Shown: positions 30,732 to 40,048 of the stretch, piece by piece
Position numbering within the stretch: the stretch's first letter is position 1
Layout of the letters: each line of letters starts with the position of its first letter
Assembly: GCA_963677925.2 (NCBI GenBank)
Contig: CAXXYH010000003.1
Span: 1,024,001 to 1,088,000, forward strand
Reading direction: 5' to 3'
Length of the DNA: 64,000 nt
DNA from: Spirochaetia bacterium
GTDB lineage: Bacteria > Spirochaetota > Spirochaetia > UBA9216
Position numbers and translations under genes: made by a program
The notes under the pieces: model-generated
Databases searched by the model: none
Told to the model about the DNA's origin: nothing
Seen by the model: only the letters and a program-made list of their open reading frames with translations

Positions 30732-32915
30732 TTACTTGCCTATGCTTCTTTTAATATCAATAATCAGTTTTCTGATATCATCAGCACCGTCTACTTCCAG
30801 CCAGTTCTTCTCAAATGCCGGATTCTGAACTATTTGAGCAAGAGAAGATATTACAACCAGGTGAAAGTGCCGCTGGTCCTGCGAGCCCGCAAGGAAAAAG
30901 ATTGAATGAACCTCAGACATCTGATCGTTAAACTTTATGCCCTTCTTTGAGCGGACAATCAGCATCTTGAAGATATTCTCGCCCTCAACAACAATGTGAG
31001 GTATTGCAAAGTAAGGACTTAGGGCAGTAGAGGAAGATTCTTCGCGTGCTATGAGTTTCTTATTAATATCAGACTTACTCATCTGCTCATATTGAAGGTG
31101 TTCTGAAGCGGTAGCGAACAGCTTCTTGAGATCATTGTTCCTATCATAATCGATAATCTCACAGGAAAGCACAAGGTCTTCAAAACGATCAGTCTCAACC
31201 TGATCTTTTCCGGTCATAATTTCTTCAAGTTCAGTTTCAAGCGAAGGTGATGCAAGCTCCCTTGCTGTAAGCCTCTCTACAAGCTTGAACATATCTCTGC
31301 TGATTCTGGAAGTACGCTGACTCAGGGCCATAGAGAGGTTAAGTGTATAACCGGAATCAATGTCGCTGTCAGCGGAATCCTCTCTGAATTTCTCTTCAAA
31401 TTTATCAAAGATCTTTTCAACCTCAGTTTCAAGTTCTTTTGAAAACGCCTTTTCACTCCGGAGTTTCTCCATAAAATCCGAGCCTTCGGAATCCAGAAAA
31501 TCAAAGAGCTCAGCCTGATAATTAAGAAGCTTCGCAGTCTTGTATTTATCAAGCCTGCCGGATGTACCGGCTTTCAGTATCATAATCTGTTTAAATACAT
31601 CAATAGGTGCGTACTGGTGCTGCTTGAGGATCTCGGTCAGTCTTTCACCGCGGTTAAGCTGCTGCTTTGTTGAGGCATCGAGGTCTGATGAAAACTGCAT
31701 GAAGGCTGCAAGTTCTCTGAACTGAGCAAGATCTATACGAAGCGAACTGGCAGTCTGCTTCATGGCCTTAAGCTGAGCATCACCGCCGACACGGGAAACC
31801 GAGATTCCAACGTTAATTGCCGGACGGAGTCCCGAGTTAAACAGATCCGCTTCAAGAAAGATCTGTCCGTCAGTGATTGAAATAATATTGGTAGGAATGT
31901 ATGCCGAAACATCGCCTTCCTGTGTTTCAACGATTGGAAGCGCTGTAAGTGAACCGCCGCCGAGTTCATCGCTCATCTTTGCCGCTCGTTCAAGAAGTCT
32001 TGAGTGCAGGTAAAAGATATCACCAGGATAGGCTTCACGCCCCGGTGAACGCCTCATTAGAAGCGAGAGCTCTCTGTAAGCCTGTGAATGCTTGGTTAGA
32101 TCATCGAATACAACAAGGGCATGCATTCCGTTGTCGCGAAAGTATTCCGCCATTGCGGTTGCCGCATAGGGAGCAAGATACTGCAGCGATGCGGGATCGG
32201 AGCTGGTTGCAGCTACAATAATGGTATTCTGCATAACATTATGCTTCTTGAAGGTTTCAGCAAGCTGAACAACCGATGAGCGCTTCTGACCGATTGCAAC
32301 ATAGACACAGTAAACCCTGTCTGAGCCCTCGGTATTGGACTGGTTGATAATTGTATCAACTGCGATTGTTGTCTTTCCGGTTCTGCGGTCGCCGATTATC
32401 AGTTCACGCTGACCACGGCCGATGGGAATCATAGCATCAATAGCCTTGATACCGGTCTGCAGAGGCTCTTCAACGTTACGCCTGGCAACAATTCCGGGGC
32501 CTTTCACTTCTACCCTGTTCATAGTATCGGTTTTTATTGCCCCCAGGCCGTCGAGTGCATTGCCGAGGGGATCTACAACCCTGCCCAGCAGTTCCATTCC
32601 TGCCGGAACTTCAGCTACCCTCTTTGTCCGGCGGACATTGCAGCCTTCAACAACTTTCTCATAATCGGAAAACAGGATTACTCCGACGGTTTCCTCTTCG
32701 AGGTTCATAACCATGCCGTGAACGATGCTGCCGTCCTCTATATCAATTTCTACCAGCTCTCCCGAAAGGATGTTATCAAGTCCCCAGACCTGGGCAATAC
32801 CGTCACCGGCCTGAATTACTCTTCCGATTTCAGTTTCACCTGTCGACGGGGAAAATCCGGATATCCTGCTTTTAAGGATCTCAAGAATTTCAGCCGGTTT
32901 AATATCTTCTCTCAT
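30732..32915 (-). CDS. atpA: ATP synthase F1 alpha fused to a C-terminal PTS EIIA (Ntr/Fru-type) domain
   Basis: [25 protein letters not shown]; ~215 extra aa with RE..SSTAL...AIPH...HL..IS.LA. Confidence 0.95.
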   Translation of the reverse strand: MREDIKPAEILEILKSRISGFSPSTGETEIGRVIQAGDGIAQVWGLDNILSGELVEIDIEDGSIVHGMVMNLEEETVGVILFSDYEKVVEGCNVRRTKRVAEVPAGMELLGRVVDPLGNALDGLGAIKTDTMNRVEVKGPGIVARRNVEEPLQTGIKAIDAMIPIGRGQRELIIGDRRTGKTTIAVDTIINQSNTEGSDRVYCVYVAIGQKRSSVVQLAETFKKHNVMQNTIIVAATSSDPASLQYLAPYAATAMAEYFRDNGMHALVVFDDLTKHSQAYRELSLLMRRSPGREAYPGDIFYLHSRLLERAAKMSDELGGGSLTALPIVETQEGDVSAYIPTNIISITDGQIFLEADLFNSGLRPAINVGISVSRVGGDAQLKAMKQTASSLRIDLAQFRELAAFMQFSSDLDASTKQQLNRGERLTEILKQHQYAPIDVFKQIMILKAGTSGRLDKYKTAKLLNYQAELFDFLDSEGSDFMEKLRSEKAFSKELETEVEKIFDKFEEKFREDSADSDIDSGYTLNLSMALSQRTSRISRDMFKLVERLTARELASPSLETELEEIMTGKDQVETDRFEDLVLSCEIIDYDRNNDLKKLFATASEHLQYEQMSKSDINKKLIAREESSSTALSPYFAIPHIVVEGENIFKMLIVRSKKGIKFNDQMSEVHSIFFLAGSQDQRHFHLVVISSLAQIVQNPAFEKNWLEVDGADDIRKLIIDIKRSIGK

Positions 32916-32926
32916 ATCTTTTCCTG

Positions 32927-33457
32927 CTATTTCAGTAATGTTTTCAAGGTTTTCAGACGCCCTTTCAGCGATATATCTATCCGCCTGTTCTGCCAGGTAA
33001 GCCTGAAGCCGCCGATGAGGCCCTTATTAATCCGGATTTCAGATCTGATTTTCTTTCCCGTTCTGGCACTCATCTTTTTCTCTATCTCTGATACAGTCTC
33101 TTCAGAGAGCTGATTCACGGTCTCAATTATCAGCGGGGTAAGGCCGTTCTCTATGTCTTCCTGAGACCTGAAAGCTTCAGGAAGAAAGGGAATTGCTGAC
33201 AGCCTTCCGTTTTCACAGATAGCATCCATCAGTCTTGATGTTGCTTCACTGACATACGGATTTATTGCCGTATTGATAAATTCCCTTTCGCTGTTTATGC
33301 TGTGACGATTCATACAGAACGATCTTATCTCCGGGACTTCCGAAACAAGTTTCGCGATAAACTCCATATCGGATTTTGCTACATCCAGTATCCCTTCTTC
33401 CGCGGATGACTCATACAGAGCACGGGCATAGCGCCTTACGACTTTAACTCCGCTCAT
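32927..33457 (-). CDS. atpH: ATP synthase F1 delta
   Basis: [14 protein letters not shown]...IDISL. Confidence 0.93.
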   Translation of the reverse strand: MSGVKVVRRYARALYESSAEEGILDVAKSDMEFIAKLVSEVPEIRSFCMNRHSINSEREFINTAINPYVSEATSRLMDAICENGRLSAIPFLPEAFRSQEDIENGLTPLIIETVNQLSEETVSEIEKKMSARTGKKIRSEIRINKGLIGGFRLTWQNRRIDISLKGRLKTLKTLLK

Positions 33458-33936
33458 AAGGCCTTAACAGTCTCCCTTGCCCAGGATTTTTCCTTCTCAC
33501 CTGTAACAGCCATTCCGACCACAGTATCGGAGGCTTCGCAGATCAGATCTGCAATTTCCTCCTGCAGAGACTGGAGGGCTGCAGCTCTTTCCTCTACAGC
33601 CGACTGTTTTGCCTGCTCTATTATGGAAGCAGCTTCATCCTCCGCTTTTTTTACAAGGTTTTTACGGAGAGCCTCGGCATCATCCCTTGTTCGGTGGAGT
33701 ATTTCATCGGCTTCCTTATTCGCCGCGTTAATTATAGCCTCACGTTCATCCTGGACTTCTTTCAGACGGTTCTCAATCTTTGAAGCATTATCCACAGCTG
33801 ATGAAATATATTCTTCGCGTTTGGATATATTACCGAGTATAATCGGCAGGACAAATTTCCAGAGAATGAAAAAAAGGATTCCGAATGTTATCCAGGTCCA
33901 TATCGCAAGACCGGGTTCCAGTTTAAATAAATCCAT
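33454..33936 (-). CDS. atpF: ATP synthase Fo b
   Basis: N-terminal TM, then coiled coil (REEYI...A.EI). Confidence 0.93.
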   Translation of the reverse strand: MDLFKLEPGLAIWTWITFGILFFILWKFVLPIILGNISKREEYISSAVDNASKIENRLKEVQDEREAIINAANKEADEILHRTRDDAEALRKNLVKKAEDEAASIIEQAKQSAVEERAAALQSLQEEIADLICEASDTVVGMAVTGEKEKSWARETVKAL

Positions 33937-33942
33937 CGTTTA

Positions 33943-34173
33943 CTAGTTCATGAAGACAACAAGAAGCGCGATAATTGCACCGAAAAACGCAAGACCTTCG
34001 ATAAGCGCTGCAGCCAGAATCATATTTGATCTGAGATCCTTCTTCTCCTGCGGCTGCCTGGCGATAGCATCAAGTGCTTTTGATCCTACCAGACCAATTC
34101 CAATACTGCCTCCGGCTATACCAATACCGGCACCGAGAATAGCAATTGCGCGTGCTAACATTGTAAGATCCAT
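33943..34173 (-). CDS. atpE: ATP synthase Fo c (probably H+-coupled)
   Basis: GxGxG helix, ARQP loop, IEG carboxylate. Confidence 0.97.
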   Translation of the reverse strand: MDLTMLARAIAILGAGIGIAGGSIGIGLVGSKALDAIARQPQEKKDLRSNMILAAALIEGLAFFGAIIALLVVFMN

Positions 34174-34259
34174 ATTTACTCCTTAGATTTTACTATCAAA
34201 TTATTCAAAACCGCTGAAAATAAAATAACAGCAGTTATTTTCAAAAGAATTACCCCGGC

Positions 34260-35111
34260 TTAATGCGAGCCGGCCATACCGATAAAGATACAGCTCAGCA
34301 GGGTAAAAACATAGGCCTGAAGAAAGGCCACCAGAACCTCAAGCACATATGTAAATACTGCAAAGGGAACCGATACCATACTGAAAAAAGGGCTGATTAC
34401 AAAAATAAGAACAAGAAAAGAAAGAATGGCCAGATGACCGGCAAACATGTTTGCAAAAAGCCTCAGCGCCAGAACAATAGCCTTTGTAAAAAGACTTATA
34501 AACTCAAGAAGCGCAACAAAGATCCCAATCGGAAGAGGAGCTCCCTCGGGAAGCAGATTTTTAAAGAAATGGAAAAAACCAACTTCTTTGAATCCGACTG
34601 CGAAGGTAAGTATAAAAATTATTACAGCTAAAGCTCCGGTCACATTGATATTGCCTGTAGCGCTTTTGAAGGCCGGGATAAGTCCCAGAAAATTAATAAA
34701 AAGAAGGTAAAAAAAGATACTGGTAAAAAAGGGCATCCATTTTTTACCCTTTTCCTCACCCATAACCGGATACACTACATCATCACGGACAAAAAGCACT
34801 ATGCTTTCCACTCCGATAAGCAGTTTCCCGGGCTTTATAATTCCCTTTCTGGTGACGACAGCAAACACAGCAAGAATTAACACGGTGGCAAACACAAGCA
34901 TAAACTGGTGAACACTCATCCATTCAGGAAGCTCTATTGCAGGTAAAAAAGGAAATAGGTCAAGTTCCTGCCCGTCAAGGACATGGTTGAAAAGTGTTCC
35001 TGAAACATCCTCTCCTTCTGCAAACAGGGAGGCATTGGGAAGCAGAAACATTAAAAAGAATATAACTATGCCTGATAACCGGGTTTTAAGATGTTTATGC
35101 ACATTTGTCAT
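34260..35111 (-). CDS. atpB: ATP synthase Fo a
   Basis: LALRLFANMFAGH, LQAYVFTLL. Confidence 0.97.
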   Translation of the reverse strand: MTNVHKHLKTRLSGIVIFFLMFLLPNASLFAEGEDVSGTLFNHVLDGQELDLFPFLPAIELPEWMSVHQFMLVFATVLILAVFAVVTRKGIIKPGKLLIGVESIVLFVRDDVVYPVMGEEKGKKWMPFFTSIFFYLLFINFLGLIPAFKSATGNINVTGALAVIIFILTFAVGFKEVGFFHFFKNLLPEGAPLPIGIFVALLEFISLFTKAIVLALRLFANMFAGHLAILSFLVLIFVISPFFSMVSVPFAVFTYVLEVLVAFLQAYVFTLLSCIFIGMAGSH

Positions 35112-35268
35112 GAATTTAAACTCCGAACAATGGAAAGCAACAAATATCCGCTGTCTTATAACATCATAGTAATTTTTGAATTAAGGATCCATAAGTCCCG
35201 GGAAGATTTTTTCATTTTAAATGATCATTTAGTTAATGATTCGTTATAAGATTTAAAAATTCACTGTA

Positions 35269-36066
35269 TCAGCGCCATAGAAAGGCAACTGATCGCTTCC
35301 CGGCTATGTAGTCATGGAATACAAGCTCAGCCTTTGTACCGGCCATAGCCTGGCAGACGTGGAGCGGCAGCAGATGCTCTTCCCTTGGATGACAGTACCG
35401 CGCGCCGGGTGCATTCTGCCACTGACTCAGCATTGATTCACGTTCATCAGCCGGGTGCTCACCTGTGCATACATTTATTAACCAATTCTGAAACGAGTCA
35501 TTCCGCTCATCAATCTCACCGTCGATTGAAAAAGTAAATGCACCCATGTTATGAAAGGAGAATCCGGAGCCTATGATTAAAATATCTTCATCGAGCAGGG
35601 GTTTAAGAGCCTTACCCAATGCAAGATGCTTTTCTGCATCAAGCCCCTTAATCAGCGAGAGCTGAATTGACGGGATATCCGCATCGGGATACATCATCAA
35701 TAATGGAATAAACAGGCCGTGATCGAAACCCCGCTCAGTGTTGATATCAGCGCCAAGGCCTGCACTCTGCAGCAGAGCTGAGGTTCTTTCTGCAAGCTCA
35801 GGATTGCCAGGAGCCGGATACTGGACGGAGTAGGTTTCTGCCGGAAAGCCGTAGTAATCGTAGAACATGGAGGGGGCTTCACCGCCGAGAAGGGTTGGAA
35901 CACGTTCCTCCCAGTGAGCACTGATTACAATAATGGCTTTTGGCTTTCGGATAATTTCGGGAAGCTTCTGCATAAAATCAACCATATTCTGATGAGACGG
36001 CTCACCGATAATAGGCATTGGACCGCCGCCGTGCGAAAAATATATAATCTGTGCTTTATTTTCCAT
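35269..36066 (-). CDS. Class III extradiol dioxygenase (DODA/YgiD, LigB family)
   Basis: SHGGGP, SAHW, YDYYGFP, RGFDHG, GSG..FHN, HPREEH. Confidence 0.92.
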   Translation of the reverse strand: MENKAQIIYFSHGGGPMPIIGEPSHQNMVDFMQKLPEIIRKPKAIIVISAHWEERVPTLLGGEAPSMFYDYYGFPAETYSVQYPAPGNPELAERTSALLQSAGLGADINTERGFDHGLFIPLLMMYPDADIPSIQLSLIKGLDAEKHLALGKALKPLLDEDILIIGSGFSFHNMGAFTFSIDGEIDERNDSFQNWLINVCTGEHPADERESMLSQWQNAPGARYCHPREEHLLPLHVCQAMAGTKAELVFHDYIAGKRSVAFLWR

Positions 36067-36128
36067 AATTAAACTGCTCCTGATTTGAAGTATGCAGTAT
36101 AGAATTAGTTAAGTCAAACTGTCTGTGA

Positions 36129-36347
36129 TTAAAGCTTCTCATGTCCGAAAACATCGGTTACAGGTACATTAAAAACATCAGATATCCTGAATGCCAGCTC
36201 GAGGGAGGGAGAATACTTCCCTGCCTCTAAAGCCACTATTGTCTGCCTTGAAACCCCTGCAGCCTCTGCAAGAGAGGCCTGGGTCATTTCACCGTTGAAA
36301 AATCGAAGCTGCCTAATATTATTTGAGAGGATGATTTTTTCAGGCAT
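36129..36347 (-). CDS. XRE/Cro family HTH regulator
   Basis: MTQASLAEAAGVSRQTIVALEAGKYSPSLELAF. Confidence 0.92.
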   Translation of the reverse strand: MPEKIILSNNIRQLRFFNGEMTQASLAEAAGVSRQTIVALEAGKYSPSLELAFRISDVFNVPVTDVFGHEKL

Positions 36348-36846
36348 GGACATTACCCTTCCTGTAATAAACAAGTTTTGCAATTCCTTCAACAATGCTT
36401 CCGGTAAAAAAAGCAAGGAACATGATATTCATCATCACAGCAGGCGAATAGTTAAGGACAATCGAAAAGAGTGCCGCAATAAAGCCGACTCCGGATATCA
36501 CAAAACTGATTCTAACTGATTTAAGATCAATCAGTTTGTCACGTTCATCTTCAGTCATTTCAATCTTGATGTTTCTCTCAATTTCTTTTTCATCACATAC
36601 ATTGTCCCTGACCGCACTTACTGCAGCCATCCCTATGGACATGAATATATGAAACAGAATCTGACTGATAATTATTAGCACAACACTTATCCCGGTGAAT
36701 TTCAGCATTGAAATTGCCAGGCCCCTGTAATCATCAGGAGCCAGCATTCCGCTGCTGTACTTACCGGTGATATAGAATAGATAGATAATTATAAAAGCAA
36801 TTCCGGTAATAAGACCCATGACTGTTCTTTTTTCCTGATATGACAT
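36340..36846 (-). CDS. 4-TM membrane protein paired with XRE regulator
   Basis: MSYQEKR, DERDKLI motif, C-terminal YYRKG; overlaps XRE start. Confidence 0.75.
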   Translation of the reverse strand: MSYQEKRTVMGLITGIAFIIIYLFYITGKYSSGMLAPDDYRGLAISMLKFTGISVVLIIISQILFHIFMSIGMAAVSAVRDNVCDEKEIERNIKIEMTEDERDKLIDLKSVRISFVISGVGFIAALFSIVLNYSPAVMMNIMFLAFFTGSIVEGIAKLVYYRKGNVHA

Positions 36847-36865
36847 AAATTGTACCCCCTGTACG

Positions 36866-36908
36866 TTAGTAACTTATTTCTTACTAAATGTAATATATTT
36901 CTTACATT
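36866..36908. promoter_or_regulatory. Two tandem palindromic operators (candidate XRE autoregulation)
   Basis: TTAGTAA-N8-TTACTAA and AATGTAA-N8-TTACATT immediately upstream of the membrane protein/XRE pair. Confidence 0.6.
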
Positions 36909-36946
36909 TTGTCAAATTTATATTACGATAAATCATTCAAAAAGGC

Positions 36947-36980
36947 AAAAAAACAGCCCGCCCTAAGGCAGGCTGATAAA
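36947..36980 (-). terminator. Intrinsic terminator
   Basis: CAGCCCGCC-CTAA-GGCAGGCTG preceded by an A-run (U-tail on - strand). Confidence 0.75.
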
Positions 36981-36996
36981 AGAATTCAGAAGATAT

Positions 36997-38670
36997 TTAA
37001 TAATTCAGGTATTCAGGCATCTTCCCCGGATATCTATCAACAAGTGATTGCCAGTCTGAAGGCAGAACAGCCTTCTTACAGCAGGGACCGCCGTGGTCGC
37101 CTCCGCCAAGGTATACAGTGCCCCAGTCCGCCCCGCCTACAATCACAAACATATGCTCGGTATTCCAGAACAGGCGGGCATGATGCTTGAGGCCGGGTGA
37201 AGGAAAAACAAGCCCCTTTCGGGGATGATTGTTTCCGATAGCAGCCCTGGGGATTTCGGTTGAGGGTCTATGGTTGTATTCAACAACGTACTCAAGGATG
37301 TCCTGTTTTGTGAAACCGGCGTCCTTAAACTGTTTCGCATTCTCAGGAGGCAGTATAAACAGCGCACCGACATCAAATCCGCCGTGCCAGAGAGTGCACA
37401 TTCGGTCCAGGGTTGCGTTTACATTTACTGTCGGCAGCTGGGTATGCTCACTCGGCCAGAACAGAGTTATTGTAGAATCTTCATCAGAATAACCATAATC
37501 GGTCTGAAGCGGTGTCCATGGTGAATCTTCCTCGTTCTCGGCTATACAGACACCGAAGCGCCCGTCACTTCCCGGACCGCTCATATCTTCTATTCCCGAA
37601 CGGCAGCCGCTTATATTCATAATCATATATGTCACTGCCCGTGAGATGCAGGCTGCAGGTCTTGTATAGGGTGAAAGGATATTCCGGCCTGTGTTGATGC
37701 CGAGAGCTTCTCTTATAGGACCGTTTATGACCATAACCGGATACCAGCTGGCATTGCTGCAGGTCCAGCCTTCAAGCTTGATGATATCATCACCCATAGC
37801 CTCAACAGCTGCAATCAGCAGGGGCATATGGGTAGGCAGGCATCCGGCCATTACACCGTTGATCGCTATCTTTTCAACCGTTGCTTTACCGAGCATCGGC
37901 GGCAGTTCTGCTACGACATGGGAAGCCGGAAGATCCGTACCATTAAGCATTTCATTTACAGCTTCCCGGGTTGGAGGAACGACCGGGGTGCCGTTAGTCC
38001 AACCGTGCTGATAGAAAATATCATTGATTTCCTGAAGTGAACCGGTAAATGTCAGTTCTGAAAAATCATCAACCTTTCCAGGATTTTTCTCTTTATCAGA
38101 GAGAGGCGAAGTCAGTCCATCGATAATTTTATCAAGCATCCCTGAAATAACATCATGGTAGGTTGTTAATGTCCATTCGTTACAGTCTACACCGTTCGGG
38201 ACAAATCCGGGGCCGTCATAGGTAACCATACGGAGCCCCGGATATGAGCGGGCAGTTGAACCGTTTCTTGCGGAAGGTTCATACTGCCATTTGGACAGCA
38301 GAAGGGCAGGTTTTCCAAGACTCTCTATATGAGCAAATATGTATCCCATAAAAAGTGCGCATGATCCCATGTCGGCACCGACTCCGACAACGGCATCAAC
38401 ACCGGAGAGCCAGTTCTGAAATTCCGGATAATGCTCAGGATCCTGATCTATTTCACAGGTATCGGTAATATATGTGTAATGTGAGAAATTCACTCCTGAT
38501 ACTTTTTCATTTAACTGCCTCTCTACTTCCTGCATGAAAAAGGGATGATATTCCTTGAAAGAGGCATAGAGGCCGATTGTTTTTCCTTCGAGTGTTTCAA
38601 GTCTGGGCTGAATTGGTTTTTTTGACAGATAATCACTGCCGGCCCAGGGGGATAGAACCGTGTATTCCAT
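36997..38670 (-). CDS. UGSC-family domain fused to its usual partner domain (DGLP/NGTP-VVPPT family); unknown function
   Basis: RLETLEGKTIG, ADMGSC, GWTNGTPVVPPT, TVEKIAINGVMAGC, AENEEDSPW. Confidence 0.7.
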   Translation of the reverse strand: MEYTVLSPWAGSDYLSKKPIQPRLETLEGKTIGLYASFKEYHPFFMQEVERQLNEKVSGVNFSHYTYITDTCEIDQDPEHYPEFQNWLSGVDAVVGVGADMGSCALFMGYIFAHIESLGKPALLLSKWQYEPSARNGSTARSYPGLRMVTYDGPGFVPNGVDCNEWTLTTYHDVISGMLDKIIDGLTSPLSDKEKNPGKVDDFSELTFTGSLQEINDIFYQHGWTNGTPVVPPTREAVNEMLNGTDLPASHVVAELPPMLGKATVEKIAINGVMAGCLPTHMPLLIAAVEAMGDDIIKLEGWTCSNASWYPVMVINGPIREALGINTGRNILSPYTRPAACISRAVTYMIMNISGCRSGIEDMSGPGSDGRFGVCIAENEEDSPWTPLQTDYGYSDEDSTITLFWPSEHTQLPTVNVNATLDRMCTLWHGGFDVGALFILPPENAKQFKDAGFTKQDILEYVVEYNHRPSTEIPRAAIGNNHPRKGLVFPSPGLKHHARLFWNTEHMFVIVGGADWGTVYLGGGDHGGPCCKKAVLPSDWQSLVDRYPGKMPEYLNY

Positions 38671-38796
38671 GTTAATACTCCAATGGTGCATTCAATATAA
38701 AACATAAGTTTCACGGTTATTATATTTTCGGGGAGGAGGGATCGTCCAATATTATATATTCATCAAAATAATAAGCGAAAGCTATAAGTCAGTGCA

Positions 38797-39219
38797 TTAT
38801 CTTCTTGTGAGTTTGATTACCCTGTAATCCTCTTTTTCAGATGAGTCATCTGCCATCCTGCTGATTTCAATACTTTTACTGTTCTTATTGATAATCTGCA
38901 TTTCAACCGTCCAGGGAACATCTGCTTCAGGACTCTGTCCGAGAATCCGGCTTGTTTCCTCGGTTATCGTAAAAGTAATTATATCATCTTCAATAAGGAA
39001 AGAACCCTTCATAAAGATATCGAGATCGTACTCTTCTTCGGTTTCGAGCCCGGGAACCTTCCAGTTAAAGGTAAAACTGCCGTCATCCATGAATATATAT
39101 TGATAGACACTGCCGGGTATTTCATTTTCAGTTGCAAGATCCGCATAAGTACCTTTGAGACTGCTGCTGCAGCTGCTGATTAGAATAACCAGGACTGTAA
39201 GTATTGCAAGTTTTTTCAT
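38797..39219 (-). CDS. Lipoprotein of unknown function
   Basis: Lipobox ISSC; RBS GAGGAG. Confidence 0.7.
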   Translation of the reverse strand: MKKLAILTVLVILISSCSSSLKGTYADLATENEIPGSVYQYIFMDDGSFTFNWKVPGLETEEEYDLDIFMKGSFLIEDDIITFTITEETSRILGQSPEADVPWTVEMQIINKNSKSIEISRMADDSSEKEDYRVIKLTRR

Positions 39220-39253
39220 AATTTCTCCTCTTGTAAGCCGGGGAATTATATCA

Positions 39254-40048
39254 TTAAGCCGGGAGAAAGGGAATGAGCGGATAATGTTCCAGAACTATCA
39301 GTAAACCAAGCAGGATTAATGTGAAAACAGGCAGCAGAATATCACGTCCATGAAAGAATACATCTTTGACATAGGTCCGTTCTGTATGATGGCCGAAGGC
39401 TCTGCAGTCAAGTGCGTCGGCCGTGATTTCCGCTTTCCTAAGACCGTTTACAAGAATGGTAAAGACATAGCGCTGCCATAGGGCAAAACGGTGACCGAGG
39501 CCCGAGCCTGATGCTTTTCCCCTGATGGCATGAGCCGATCGTACAGCATTAACCTCACGCTGTATAAGGGGCAGAAAGCGAAGTGCCAGAAAGATGGTAA
39601 ATGCATAGCGGTAGGGCATACGGGCCTTTACCAGTGAACGCATCAGATCCCTGGTATCTGTGGTCCAGATAAGAACAAAACTTGCAAGTACAATAACAGA
39701 GAGCCGGAAAAAGAATATAGGCCCCTGAAAGAGTCCGTTATCTGTAATGGTAATAAAACCGATTTTCATCAGGGGTTCACCCGGATCGGCAAACATATGG
39801 AAAATCATCAGAAGTATCCCCAAACCGAAGACTATCAGACCGCTGCGGAGAATCTCCAATATGGAAATTCTCCCTGCTGAAACAGCCAGTGCAACCATAA
39901 AAACAAACATCACAGCTCCACTGTAGGGTGTTTTAAAAATGAAGAGTCCGACTGCAACAAGAAAAACCCAGATAAGCTTAACCAGAGGATATGTACGGTT
40001 AAGTGCCGAGCCGCGCTCTTTAAACTGAAGAAAATTACTGTCAGCCAT
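39254..40048 (-). CDS. ECF transporter T component
   Basis: P..KL, ALRFLP, IRG and CRAF Arg motifs. Confidence 0.92.
   Translation of the reverse strand: MADSNFLQFKERGSALNRTYPLVKLIWVFLVAVGLFIFKTPYSGAVMFVFMVALAVSAGRISILEILRSGLIVFGLGILLMIFHMFADPGEPLMKIGFITITDNGLFQGPIFFFRLSVIVLASFVLIWTTDTRDLMRSLVKARMPYRYAFTIFLALRFLPLIQREVNAVRSAHAIRGKASGSGLGHRFALWQRYVFTILVNGLRKAEITADALDCRAFGHHTERTYVKDVFFHGRDILLPVFTLILLGLLIVLEHYPLIPFLPA

Noticed and set aside
34222-34241. AAAATAAC-AGCA-GTTATTTT hairpin between atpB and atpE as terminator
   Set aside because: AT-rich, weak and intra-operonic; at most an mRNA-processing or translation element, unsupported
36997-38691. Selenocysteine recoding in the UGSC-like protein
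   Set aside because: Codon at the U position is ATG; no in-frame TGA
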